Source: Betaproteobacteria bacterium (GTDB taxonomy: Bacteria; Pseudomonadota; Gammaproteobacteria; Burkholderiales; SG8-39). Taken from it: 64,000 nt of DNA. The stretch is taken from contig JANNTQ010000081.1 of the NCBI GenBank assembly GCA_031394435.1, forward strand, positions 186-64,185. The letters are read 5' to 3'. How positions within the stretch are numbered: position 1 is the first letter of the stretch; the number at the start of each line of letters is the position of its first letter. The notes beneath the pieces are model-generated. The model did no database searches, was not told the DNA's origin, and was given only the letters and a program-made list of their open reading frames with translations. Of this stretch, positions 1 through 7,329 are shown one piece after another. The translations under genes and the position numbers were made by a program.

Positions 1-78
1 TCCAGGCTGCGTAGTTGTCGTAGAGTGGGGAGGGGTGAGCCGAGTGCGTCCGGGCGGCTCAACTCGGGGCCGTTAGGC
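1..78 (+). mobile_element. 3' arm of an integron attC-like site, truncated by the window edge; R' core GTTAGGC at 72-78
   Basis: GGGCGGCTCAACTCGGGGCC-GTTAGGC (52-78) ends in a GTTRRRY core. It shares 23 of 27 positions with the 3' arm of the complete attC-like site at 1004-1131. It also resembles the L'/R' arm of classical aadA-type attC (..CGGCTTAACTCAAGCGTTAGAT). Confidence 0.55.
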
Positions 79-1125
79 GTCGCTGATTAACGCGAGTCTT
101 GGGTTGAGGAGCTAAGGGAGGTGGGATCATGTCAAACACAATGCAGAGCCAGCTTGGTTCGGTGGTTGGTCTGTGGCGCTATCCTGTCAAGTCAATGATG
201 GGAGAAGAGCTAAACGCCGCCCACGTTACGGAACGCGGGCTGCTCGGGGATCGCGCGTACGCGCTTGTGGACCCGTCCAACGGGAAAGTTGCGAGCGCCA
301 AGAACCCGCGGAAATGGGCGAAGCTCTTCGATTGCCGGGCCGCCTTTCCCGGGTCCCCGCGCCTCGGCGAGAAGATACCTCCAGCCCGGATCACGCTTCC
401 GGACGGGACCATCGTCACCAGCGACCAGAGTGACCTCAAGCAAATCCTGTCGAAGGTGTTTGGTCGGGAGGTGACCCTTGAGACCATGGCGCCGCAGATG
501 CCCAGCCTCGAGGAGTACTGGCCGGACATGGAGGGCCTGGCCCACAGGGAAACGACCACCGATGAGACTATGCCGGCCGGCACATTCTTCGACCTGGCCG
601 TCATCCATGTATTGACGACTGCCACGATCGACCGGCTTCGGGAGCTCTATCCGCAAGGGCGCGTCGAGGTGAGGCGGTTTCGTCCTAACATAGTGGTAGA
701 GGTTGCCTCCGGCGAGAAAGATTTCGTTGAAAATGCTTGGGTTGGCCACACGCTGGCCATCGGGAACGAGCTTCGCCTGAATATCAGTGGCCCCTGCCCC
801 CGCTGCGTGATGACGACCCTGCCGCAGGGGGACCTCCCAAAGGACCCGGGGATCTTGCGTACGGCGGCCCAGCATAACCAAGTCAACGTCGGTGTTTATT
901 CCGCTGTGGTCCGGGGCGGTGCGATTCGCCGCGGTGATCCGGTCAGGCTTGAGTAAGTGCGGTCGCCAAAAGCGTAGCATTGCCTACCAATCAGAGCTAC
1001 GACGCCTAACAGCTCGCTGGAGCGACCCTCCTAGCTGGCGAAAATCCGAAGGTCCGTCGCCCGTCAGGTAGCACGAGAATTGATCACGCGTTGCCCCAGC
1101 CGGGGGGCGGCTCAGCTCGAGGTCG
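73..1125 (+). mobile_element. Putative integron-type gene cassette (~1053 bp) carrying the MOSC-domain ORF
   Basis: Bounded by G|TTAGGC (72-78) and G|TTAAGC (1125-1131). Holds a single ORF that starts 51 nt after the left core, with its own attC downstream. Codon third-position GC is lower than in neighbouring core genes. Confidence 0.55.
129..956 (+). CDS. MOSC domain-containing protein (MOSC_N beta-barrel + MOSC)
   Basis: 275-aa ORF. N-terminal WRYPVKSMMGE and C-terminal GPCPRCVMTT cysteine motif are typical of MOSC proteins. GGGAGG lies 7 nt upstream of the ATG. Confidence 0.85.
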   Translation: MSNTMQSQLGSVVGLWRYPVKSMMGEELNAAHVTERGLLGDRAYALVDPSNGKVASAKNPRKWAKLFDCRAAFPGSPRLGEKIPPARITLPDGTIVTSDQSDLKQILSKVFGREVTLETMAPQMPSLEEYWPDMEGLAHRETTTDETMPAGTFFDLAVIHVLTTATIDRLRELYPQGRVEVRRFRPNIVVEVASGEKDFVENAWVGHTLAIGNELRLNISGPCPRCVMTTLPQGDLPKDPGILRTAAQHNQVNVGVYSAVVRGGAIRRGDPVRLE

Positions 1126-1131
1126 TTAAGC
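1004..1131 (+). mobile_element. Complete attC-like recombination site (128 bp)
   Basis: Inverse core GCCTAAC (RYYYAAC, 1004-1010) and core GTTAAGC (GTTRRRY, 1125-1131). The arms GCCTAACAGCTCGCTGGAGCGAC / GGCGGCTCAGCTCGAGGTCGTTAAGC are imperfectly complementary, with an unpaired G (CTG[G]AGC vs GCTCAG). The 5' arm parallels aadA attC GTCTAACAATTCGTTCAAGCCGAC. Confidence 0.65.
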
Positions 1132-1173
1132 CGCAATGAAGATTAATTTGACGTAAATCCAGTGTCTGCTTTT

Positions 1174-1207
1174 GGCCGTAAGCAGCCGTTCTCGAGGTTT
1201 AGGGGGA
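1174..1207 (+). other. Degenerate copy of the attC 3' arm (possible decayed terminal site)
   Basis: AAGCAGCCGTTCTCGAGGT--TTAGGGG matches about 18 of 28 positions of the arm consensus, including an identical CTCGAGGT. The core lacks 2 nt and no inverse core is found upstream. Confidence 0.2.
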
Positions 1208-1208
1208 G

Positions 1209-1508
1209 CTACCTAGGCCAGGTACACGGTGTCGCCATGCACCATGTCAGCCGCAGCAGCCTTGCGGCGGTTCCGCCTCTTATCTGGTCGCGCTCGGTGT
1301 CGGTCAGTCCCTCGATTCGCGCAACAGTCGCAAGTGGATCCGTGAGTGCCATGTCAAAGCAGTAGTCGCTCCCCAGCAGCACCCGGTCGGCGCCAACCAG
1401 GCGCACGAGGTTGGCGTTGATGCGGTCGTCATGCCTGATGGTGTCGTAGCTGAAGCGCCGCAGGTATTCGCTCGGCAGCCGCTGAGGTCCGTGCGACAAC
1501 TCGTTCAA
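1209..1508 (-). pseudogene. Amidohydrolase-2 (ACMSD-like) gene remnant; only the 3' ~85 codons are present
   Basis: ..VLLGSDYCFDM..TDTERDQIRGGTAARLLRL resembles the C-terminal part of ~330-aa metal-dependent TIM-barrel amidohydrolases. There is no upstream coding continuation: the DUF547 gene ends 15 nt away. Confidence 0.55.
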
Positions 1509-1522
1509 CGGCGACTGATCGC

Positions 1523-2251
1523 CTAGTCGAACGCACCGTAGCGCAGCTTGATGCGGCCGATGTTGCGGTCGGCACGCTCGAACGAGGCGTCGTCCAGCCG
1601 GCGCAGGACAAATTCAAGCACCGCGCTCTCGCCGCCGAAGTCCTCCGCGTACCAGCGCAGCCAATTCGGCACAGTCACCACGCTGCCGTCGCGCTCCACC
1701 TGCGCCAGGCGCCGGATGTACAGCGCGGCGGCTTCCTCGAGCTGGGCGTCCAGCTTGCCGGCCTCGAAGACGCGAAACGCCGGCGACGAGCGCGAGGCGC
1801 GGAACAGCGCGAAGTGCAGGCGCTCGTCGAAGGCGATCGGCATGTAGGCGAGGCGCGGATCGTCGCGCCTCATGGGCGCGCGCAGCCTGCCGTGCGCCGG
1901 CATGTTGCCGCGCAACAGGCCATGGTAGATCTCGTCCAGCGAGAACGGCTGCCCGAGGATCGTGAGCCGCGGCCGCTCGAAGAACTCTTCCATGCCCCGC
2001 TCGCCGGGGTCGAGCTTCAGTTCCGGCGCGTCGCGCAGCAGGCCGGCGTTGTACACGTTGATCCAGAACGCCATTTGGGCCGCGATGCGGACCTGCTTGG
2101 GATCGAAGGTTTCGAGCCTGGCCAGGCAGACGGCGAGGTGGCCGCGTTCGCGCGAGGCAGCGAGGGCCGCGTAGTCGCACGCCAGTCCCTCGGCATCGAA
2201 GTGCACGGCCAGCGCCGCCAGTGCCTGCGGAAGCTCGCGTTCAGGGTCCAT
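1523..2251 (-). CDS. DUF547 domain-containing protein
   Basis: 242-aa ORF with the ..AFWINVYNAGLL.. signature of DUF547. Confidence 0.75.
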   Translation of the reverse strand: MDPERELPQALAALAVHFDAEGLACDYAALAASRERGHLAVCLARLETFDPKQVRIAAQMAFWINVYNAGLLRDAPELKLDPGERGMEEFFERPRLTILGQPFSLDEIYHGLLRGNMPAHGRLRAPMRRDDPRLAYMPIAFDERLHFALFRASRSSPAFRVFEAGKLDAQLEEAAALYIRRLAQVERDGSVVTVPNWLRWYAEDFGGESAVLEFVLRRLDDASFERADRNIGRIKLRYGAFD

Positions 2252-2254
2252 GCA

Positions 2255-2710
2255 CTAGAACGCCCCCATGGCGAGGCCCGCGGCCATCGCCGCGCCGAGT
2301 TCCTCGCAGGCAGCGAGCTGTTCGGGCTTGAGCTCCTTCACCACGACGATCGGCTCGCCGATCTTCTTCAGCCGCAGGCCGGTGACGATGCGTTCAACTG
2401 AAGTTACGGCGCCAGTACCATCCTGCCCGGCGCCGACGAACAGCGCCCAGGGCCGGCCTTCCACCTTGCCCTCGCAGGCGTAGAAGATGCGCTCGAGGAA
2501 GTCCTTCATCATCCCCGACATATAGCCGAAGTTCTCCGGTGTGCCGAGGATCAGGCCGTCGGCGGCGAGCACGTCCTCGGCACCGGCCTCCGCGCAGCGC
2601 CTCACCACCACGCGCACGCCTTCCTCGCTCCGGGCGCCGCGCTCCACGGCCTCGGCCATCTTCGCTGTCTTCACGCCGCCTGTGTGAAAGACGATGAGCA
2701 GGGTTTTCAT
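2255..2710 (-). CDS. Flavodoxin-like fold protein (NAD(P)H-dependent FMN reductase/WrbA-like)
   Basis: 151-aa ORF, MKTLLIVFHTGG..GLILGTPENFGYMSG. Its start overlaps the upstream gene's stop (ATGA). Confidence 0.7.
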   Translation of the reverse strand: MKTLLIVFHTGGVKTAKMAEAVERGARSEEGVRVVVRRCAEAGAEDVLAADGLILGTPENFGYMSGMMKDFLERIFYACEGKVEGRPWALFVGAGQDGTGAVTSVERIVTGLRLKKIGEPIVVVKELKPEQLAACEELGAAMAAGLAMGAF

Positions 2711-3465
2711 GCCGAAAGCCGTGTGGCGGGGTCTTGCCCGTAAAACAGCTTCAGCTGGACATAGACATCAGGATAACGGCGCTTGGTCTCGTTCGGCGCC
2801 TCGAAGAACGCCTCGCTGATGACGGCGAAGAACTCCGCCGGGGCTTCGGCCGCGTAAGGATCGAGCCAGGTCTCCTTGTCGCGGTCCACCGCGTCGCAAA
2901 AACCCTCATAGGCCAGGCGGAATGCGTCCGTCCAGGCGCGCCGGTCCATGCCGGAATGCAGCGGCGGCATGCCGTCGGCCTCGCCGTTCGCCATGTCCAG
3001 CTTGTGCGCGAACTCGTGGATCACGACGTTCATGTCCGGCGCGTGCACGGCGGCGTCCCAGGACAGCACCACCGGCCCCCCCGGCCAGGCTTCGCCCGCG
3101 CGCTGGTCGTCGAACTCGTGCACCACGCCGTGGTCGTCGGTTTCCGAGACCTGCACCCTGAAGTCGCCCGGGTGGACGACGATCTCGCTCCAGCCGGCGT
3201 AACGATCCAGCCCCAGCTCGAGCACCGGCAGGCAGGCCTGTGCCGCGATGGACAGGCGCATGGCGTCGTCGAGCGCGAAGCCGTGCGCACCGGAGAACTG
3301 CTTCTCGGCGAGGAACAGCAGGGTAAGTTCCCGCAGGCGGCGCAATTCCTCCGCCGACAGTCCGCGCAGGAACGGCAGCGACCCGACGACCGCATGCCAC
3401 AGGGGTTCGTCGATGCGATGGCGCGCGAGCACGCGCCGGCGCCTACGGTCCTTCAGCCAACCCAT
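2707..3465 (-). CDS. mtfA: MtfA-like zinc metallopeptidase (peptidase M90 / DUF980)
   Basis: 252 aa from the ATG at 3465, with the HExxH motif VIHEFAHKLD and ..EFFAVISEAFFE... The upstream 325 codons of the 577-aa track ORF are antisense to the DMT transporter and were not used. Confidence 0.8.
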   Translation of the reverse strand: MGWLKDRRRRRVLARHRIDEPLWHAVVGSLPFLRGLSAEELRRLRELTLLFLAEKQFSGAHGFALDDAMRLSIAAQACLPVLELGLDRYAGWSEIVVHPGDFRVQVSETDDHGVVHEFDDQRAGEAWPGGPVVLSWDAAVHAPDMNVVIHEFAHKLDMANGEADGMPPLHSGMDRRAWTDAFRLAYEGFCDAVDRDKETWLDPYAAEAPAEFFAVISEAFFEAPNETKRRYPDVYVQLKLFYGQDPATRLSA

Positions 3466-4331
3466 CGGATGCCAAGCAGTATCAGCACGATCCCGACCAG
3501 ATGGTAGAGGTGCAGCTCTTCGTCCAGCAGCGCGACCGCCATCAGCGCGCCGAACAGCGGGATCAGGTGCAGGTAGACGCCAGCACGCGCCGGCCCCACC
3601 TCTGCGACCCCGCGGTTCCACATCGCGTAGCACACCACGGACGGAAACAGCCCCAGGTACAGGGTGCCGAACACCGAGCCCCAGGTCGGCTCGAAGCGCC
3701 CCCCGGCAGCAATGTCGATGAGATACGCGGGAAGCCCGGTCAGCATTCCGGCAAGCATCACCGCAAGCATGAAGGCGAACGGATCGAGGCCCTTGGGCGC
3801 CCAGCGCAGGCAGGCTGTATAGAGCGCCCACAGCGCCACGTTGGCGAGCAGCCACAGGTCGCCGGGATTCGCCCCCAGCGAGCCCAGGGCGGCGAAGTCC
3901 AGGCGCAGCACGATCGCCAGCACGCCGCAGGACGACAGCACCAGCCCCGCCACGGCGCGCGGGCGGATCTTGTCGCGGAACAGCAGGAACGCGAACAAGG
4001 GGATCAGCGCCGGCGTCACCGACTGGAACAGCACCGCGTTGGTGGCGGTGGTCTGCTTGATGCCAACGTAGCCGATGGCGTTGTAGAGCACCGTGCTGCA
4101 GGTGCCAAAGAACAGGATTGGCCGCCACGCGGCGCACGCTTTTGGCCACTCGCGCACCAGGATCGGCATGGCGAGCGGCGCCAGAAACGCGATCGCCGCT
4201 GCCCAGCGCCAGAACGCAAGGCTCACCGGCGAGACGTGCGGGTGCACGGCGCGCGCCACGATCCAGTGCGCCGCCCAGAAGAAGGACGTGAGCGCGAGCA
4301 GGAAGTGGGGCGAAACGGGGAGGGCTGGCAT
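3453..4331 (-). CDS. DMT (EamA/RhaT) family transporter
   Basis: 292-aa, ~10-TM hydrophobic ORF with two EamA-like halves. Confidence 0.8.
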   Translation of the reverse strand: MPALPVSPHFLLALTSFFWAAHWIVARAVHPHVSPVSLAFWRWAAAIAFLAPLAMPILVREWPKACAAWRPILFFGTCSTVLYNAIGYVGIKQTTATNAVLFQSVTPALIPLFAFLLFRDKIRPRAVAGLVLSSCGVLAIVLRLDFAALGSLGANPGDLWLLANVALWALYTACLRWAPKGLDPFAFMLAVMLAGMLTGLPAYLIDIAAGGRFEPTWGSVFGTLYLGLFPSVVCYAMWNRGVAEVGPARAGVYLHLIPLFGALMAVALLDEELHLYHLVGIVLILLGIRWVG

Positions 4332-4352
4332 GCTCCTCGCTACAATACCCGC

Positions 4353-6359
4353 ATGGTTTCCGTCGTCCAGCTACACCCGCAAAACAGCGCTGCCGCGCTA
4401 GAGCCGCTGACCGAAGGGCTGTCGGGCGGGGAGCGCGCACTGCTCGCGCGCGCGCTCGAGTTCGCCGAGCCGCTGTACGCCGGACAGGTGCTGTCCACCG
4501 GAGAACCGGTGTGGCCGCACGCGCTGGGGCTCGGCGCGAATCTTGCCGCGATCGGCATGGACCCGGCGGCGCGCGCCGCCGGGGTGCTGTTCGCGGCGCC
4601 GAAGTACCTGGGTGGCACGCAGAAGCTGGCGGAAGGGTTCGGCGCGGAGGTCGCTGGCCTCGCCGACGGCGTGGAGAAGCTCTACCAGCTGCGCGTGCTG
4701 ACGCGCGCCAACGCCGCGCAGCAGAGCGAAGTGCTGCGCAAGATGGTGCTCGGCATGGTGCAGGACGTGCGCGTCGTGCTGATTCGTCTGGCGAGCCGCA
4801 CGCAGACGCTGCGCTGGTTTGCCAAGCACGCGAGCGAGGATCGGCGCGCCTACGCGCAGGAGACGCTGGACATCTACGCGCCGCTGGCCAACCGGCTCGG
4901 CGTATGGCAGCTCAAGTGGGAACTGGAGGACCTGTCGTTCCGCTTCCTCGAGCCCGAGGTGTACCGCAGGATCGCCAAGATGCTGGACGAGCGCCGCGTC
5001 GAGCGCGAGCAGTACATCGCGCAGGCCATGGCGGCGCTCGGCGGCGAGCTGCAGGCCGCCGGCGTGCGGGGCGAGGTCAGCGGCCGGCCCAAGCACATCA
5101 CCTCGATCTGGAACAAGATGCAGGTGAAGGGCCTGGACTACGAGCAGGTGCACGACGTGCGCGCACTGCGCGTGATCGTGCCCAGCGTGCAGGACTGTTA
5201 CGCCGCGCTCGGCGTGGCGCACAATCTGTGGCAGCCGATCGCGCGCGAGTTCGACGACTACATTTCGCGCCCGAAGGGCAACCTGTACCAATCGCTGCAT
5301 ACCGCGGTGCTCGGGCCGGGCGGCAAGACGCTGGAAGTGCAGATCCGTACCGAGGAGATGCATCGCCACGCCGAGCTCGGCGTGGCGGCGCACTGGCGCT
5401 ACAAGGAGGCCGGCAAGGCGACTCGCGCAGACAGCGCCTTCGACGACAAGATCGCCTGGCTGCGGCAGTTGCTCGCCTGGCGCGACGAGATCACAGACCG
5501 CGCTTCGTGGACCGAGCAGACGCAACGCGCGGCGCTCGACGACACCATCTACGCCGTCACGCCGCAGGGCAAGGTGGTGGACCTGCCCTTTGGCTCCACG
5601 CCGATCGACTTCGCCTACGCGCTGCACACCGACCTCGGCCACCGCTGCCGCGGCGCCAAGGTGGATGGGCACATCGTGCCGCTCGATACTGCGCTGCAGA
5701 GCGGGCAGCGCGTGGAGATCACCGTCGCCAAGACTGGCGGCCCATCACGCGACTGGTTGAGCGCCGAGCGCGGGTTCCTGAAAACCAGCCGCGCGCGCGC
5801 CAAGGCGCGCCACTGGTTCAAGCTGCGGGAAGGCGGCCGGGAAGCGGAAGCAGCGCCCAAACCAAGACTGGTGCCGGCGCCGGCCGCGCCCGCGCCGCGC
5901 AAGCGCAAGGCCGCGGTGGCGGGCAGCGGCATCCTGGTGGTGGGTATTGACCGCCTGTTGACGCAGCTCGCCAAGTGCTGCAAGCCGGTGCCGCCCGACC
6001 CGATCCGCGGCTTCGTCACACGCGGGCGCGGCGTATCCATCCACCGGGAGGACTGCGCGAGTTTCAAGCGCCTGGCGCAGACCGATCCCGCGCGCCTCAT
6101 CGACGCGCAGTGGGGCGGCGCTGCCGGCGCCTACAGCGTGGACATGGTGGTGACCGCGAGCGACCGGCCGGGCCTGCTGCGCGACATCGGCGATGCGCTC
6201 GCGCGCGAGCGCATCAATGTCACGGCGGTGCGCACACAGAGCCGGGACGAGATCGCCCTCATGCGTTTTTCATATGAGGTGGGGGACGTGGCGCAGTTGA
6301 GGCGCGCGTTCGCGGTGGTGCGCGATGTGGCTGGCGTGATGCGCGTGGCGCGCGGCTGA
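4353..6359 (+). CDS. relA: GTP pyrophosphokinase RelA ((p)ppGpp synthetase I)
   Basis: Synthetase motifs HDVRALRVIV and YISRPKGNLYQSLHTAV. TGS segment IYAVTPQGKVVDLPFGSTPIDFAY and a C-terminal ACT-like domain. The N-terminal HD region is degenerate. Start taken at the first ATG after the divergent transporter gene. Confidence 0.9.
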   Translation: MVSVVQLHPQNSAAALEPLTEGLSGGERALLARALEFAEPLYAGQVLSTGEPVWPHALGLGANLAAIGMDPAARAAGVLFAAPKYLGGTQKLAEGFGAEVAGLADGVEKLYQLRVLTRANAAQQSEVLRKMVLGMVQDVRVVLIRLASRTQTLRWFAKHASEDRRAYAQETLDIYAPLANRLGVWQLKWELEDLSFRFLEPEVYRRIAKMLDERRVEREQYIAQAMAALGGELQAAGVRGEVSGRPKHITSIWNKMQVKGLDYEQVHDVRALRVIVPSVQDCYAALGVAHNLWQPIAREFDDYISRPKGNLYQSLHTAVLGPGGKTLEVQIRTEEMHRHAELGVAAHWRYKEAGKATRADSAFDDKIAWLRQLLAWRDEITDRASWTEQTQRAALDDTIYAVTPQGKVVDLPFGSTPIDFAYALHTDLGHRCRGAKVDGHIVPLDTALQSGQRVEITVAKTGGPSRDWLSAERGFLKTSRARAKARHWFKLREGGREAEAAPKPRLVPAPAAPAPRKRKAAVAGSGILVVGIDRLLTQLAKCCKPVPPDPIRGFVTRGRGVSIHREDCASFKRLAQTDPARLIDAQWGGAAGAYSVDMVVTASDRPGLLRDIGDALARERINVTAVRTQSRDEIALMRFSYEVGDVAQLRRAFAVVRDVAGVMRVARG

Positions 6360-6365
6360 TGGAAT

Positions 6366-6863
6366 ATGATCGCCCGCTCGGCTGTTAAGCTGGGCACGCA
6401 TGCAGAGGAGCTCTTGAATACTCCCGCCGTCCAGACGCGCTACGGGACGGGCGCGCAAGCACTCCACTGGCTCATGTTCCTGTTGATTGCCGCCATGTAC
6501 TTCATCGGCCTGTCGATGGTCGCGATGGAAGTCAGCCCCGAGCGCCTGCGCTACTTTTCATTGCACAAGTACGTGGCGAAATTCCCTACAATCAGCTTTG
6601 GCGCGCCGAGCGTGCAACTGGTCGGAGAGGCGCCAACGCGTGTGCCAGGCACGCTGACCATGCTGGGAGTCACCAGGCCGCTGACGCTGGAGGTAAGCCG
6701 GTTCCGCTGCATGGATCACCCGTTCCAGAAGGCCAGGGAACTCTGCGGTGGCGATGCTGCGGTGACCATCAAGCGCTCGGAGTGGGGCATGAAGCACTTG
6801 ATTCCGGCCGTGGGTGACGACATCCGACTGGACATCCAGCTCGAGGCGGTGCGGGAAAAATAA
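6366..6863 (+). pseudogene. Chimeric ORF: cytochrome b561 N-terminus (~1 TM) fused in frame to the C-terminal half of a YceI-like protein
   Basis: Residues ~20-67 (TRYGTGAQALHWLMFLLIAAMYFIG..YFSLHK) match the start of CybB-type cytochrome b561. From ..AKFPTISF.. to ..GTLTMLGVTRPLTLEV..IKRSEWGM..IRLDIQLEAV it matches the YceI C-terminal half. The junction lies near 6570-6578. Confidence 0.55.
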
Positions 6864-6872
6864 GGAGAACGG

Positions 6873-7038
6873 TTACAGCCGGGGCAGCAGGACCAGCAGC
6901 CACACGGCGGCGAGCGCGGCGAGAGCCATCATCACCGCGGCGCTGCCGAGGTCCTTGGCGCGCTTGGCAAGCTGGTGATCCTCGAGCGAAATGCGTTCCA
7001 CGGTCGCCTCGCTCGCGGAGTTGAGCAGCTCGACCACC
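6873..7038 (-). pseudogene. 3' remnant (~54 codons) of a second diacylglycerol kinase gene
   Basis: 6871-7038 aligns without gaps to 10563-10730 (3' end of the intact dgkA) at roughly 80% identity. It encodes VVELLNSASEATVERISLEDHQLAKRAKDLGSAAVMMALAALAAVWLLVLLPRL. The N-terminal two thirds are absent. Confidence 0.8.
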
Positions 7039-7266
7039 GACGAGCACCTGAGGAGCGCCGACTTTTTCAACGTCGCGGAATTCCCGCGCATGACCTTCAA
7101 GGCCTCCGATGTGAAGTTCAACGGCGATAACCCTACCGAAGTCACGGGCGAACTCACGCTGCTCGGCGTCACCAAGCCGCTTACGCTGAAGATCGAGCGC
7201 TGGGTGTGCAAGGACAACCCCTTCAACAAGAAGCCGATCGTCGGGTTCGAGGGCTACAAGGACTAG
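7039..7266 (+). pseudogene. YceI-like gene fragment, truncated at both 5' and 3' ends
   Basis: DEHLRSADFFNVAEFPRMTFKASDVKF..GELTLLGVTKPLTLKI matches the central YceI region. It starts directly at the dgkA-remnant junction and stops early (..GFEGYKD*) compared with the copy at 6366-6863. Confidence 0.65.
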
Positions 7267-7321
7267 TTTCACCGAAGCGTCACCAATCCTTCACGGGCGG
7301 GTCATCCTCGGGGACCAGGAT
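7266..7321 (+). promoter_or_regulatory. Pho-box-like array plus -10-like hexamer upstream of the Zn-PLC-superfamily gene
   Basis: GTTTCAC-N4-GCGTCAC-N4-CCTTCAC-N4-GGGTCAT (heptamers end at 7272, 7283, 7294, 7305; exact 11-bp period). Then 10 bp, then CAGGAT (7316-7321). Confidence 0.55.
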
Positions 7322-7329
7322 GCTCGCCC

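Noticed and set aside
1136-1156. Mini-ORF ATG AAG ATT AAT TTG ACG TAA just after the attC core, possibly a tiny cassette ORF.
   Set aside because: It is six codons with no Shine-Dalgarno and no way to support it from sequence alone.
3501-6359. Very long track ORFs such as 3501-6359 (+), 4398-5672 (-), 14774-16678 (-), 42260-43867 (-), 46113-48974 (-), 52533-54386 (-) and 2707-4440 (-) read as single large proteins.
   Set aside because: They are stop-codon-poor alternative frames or antisense frames typical of high-GC DNA. They are Arg/Ala/Gly/Pro-rich with no recognisable motifs. They overlap genes that have clear conserved signatures (relA, ppx, kinase, nrdA, maeB, mtfA/EamA). Only the motif-bearing portions were annotated.
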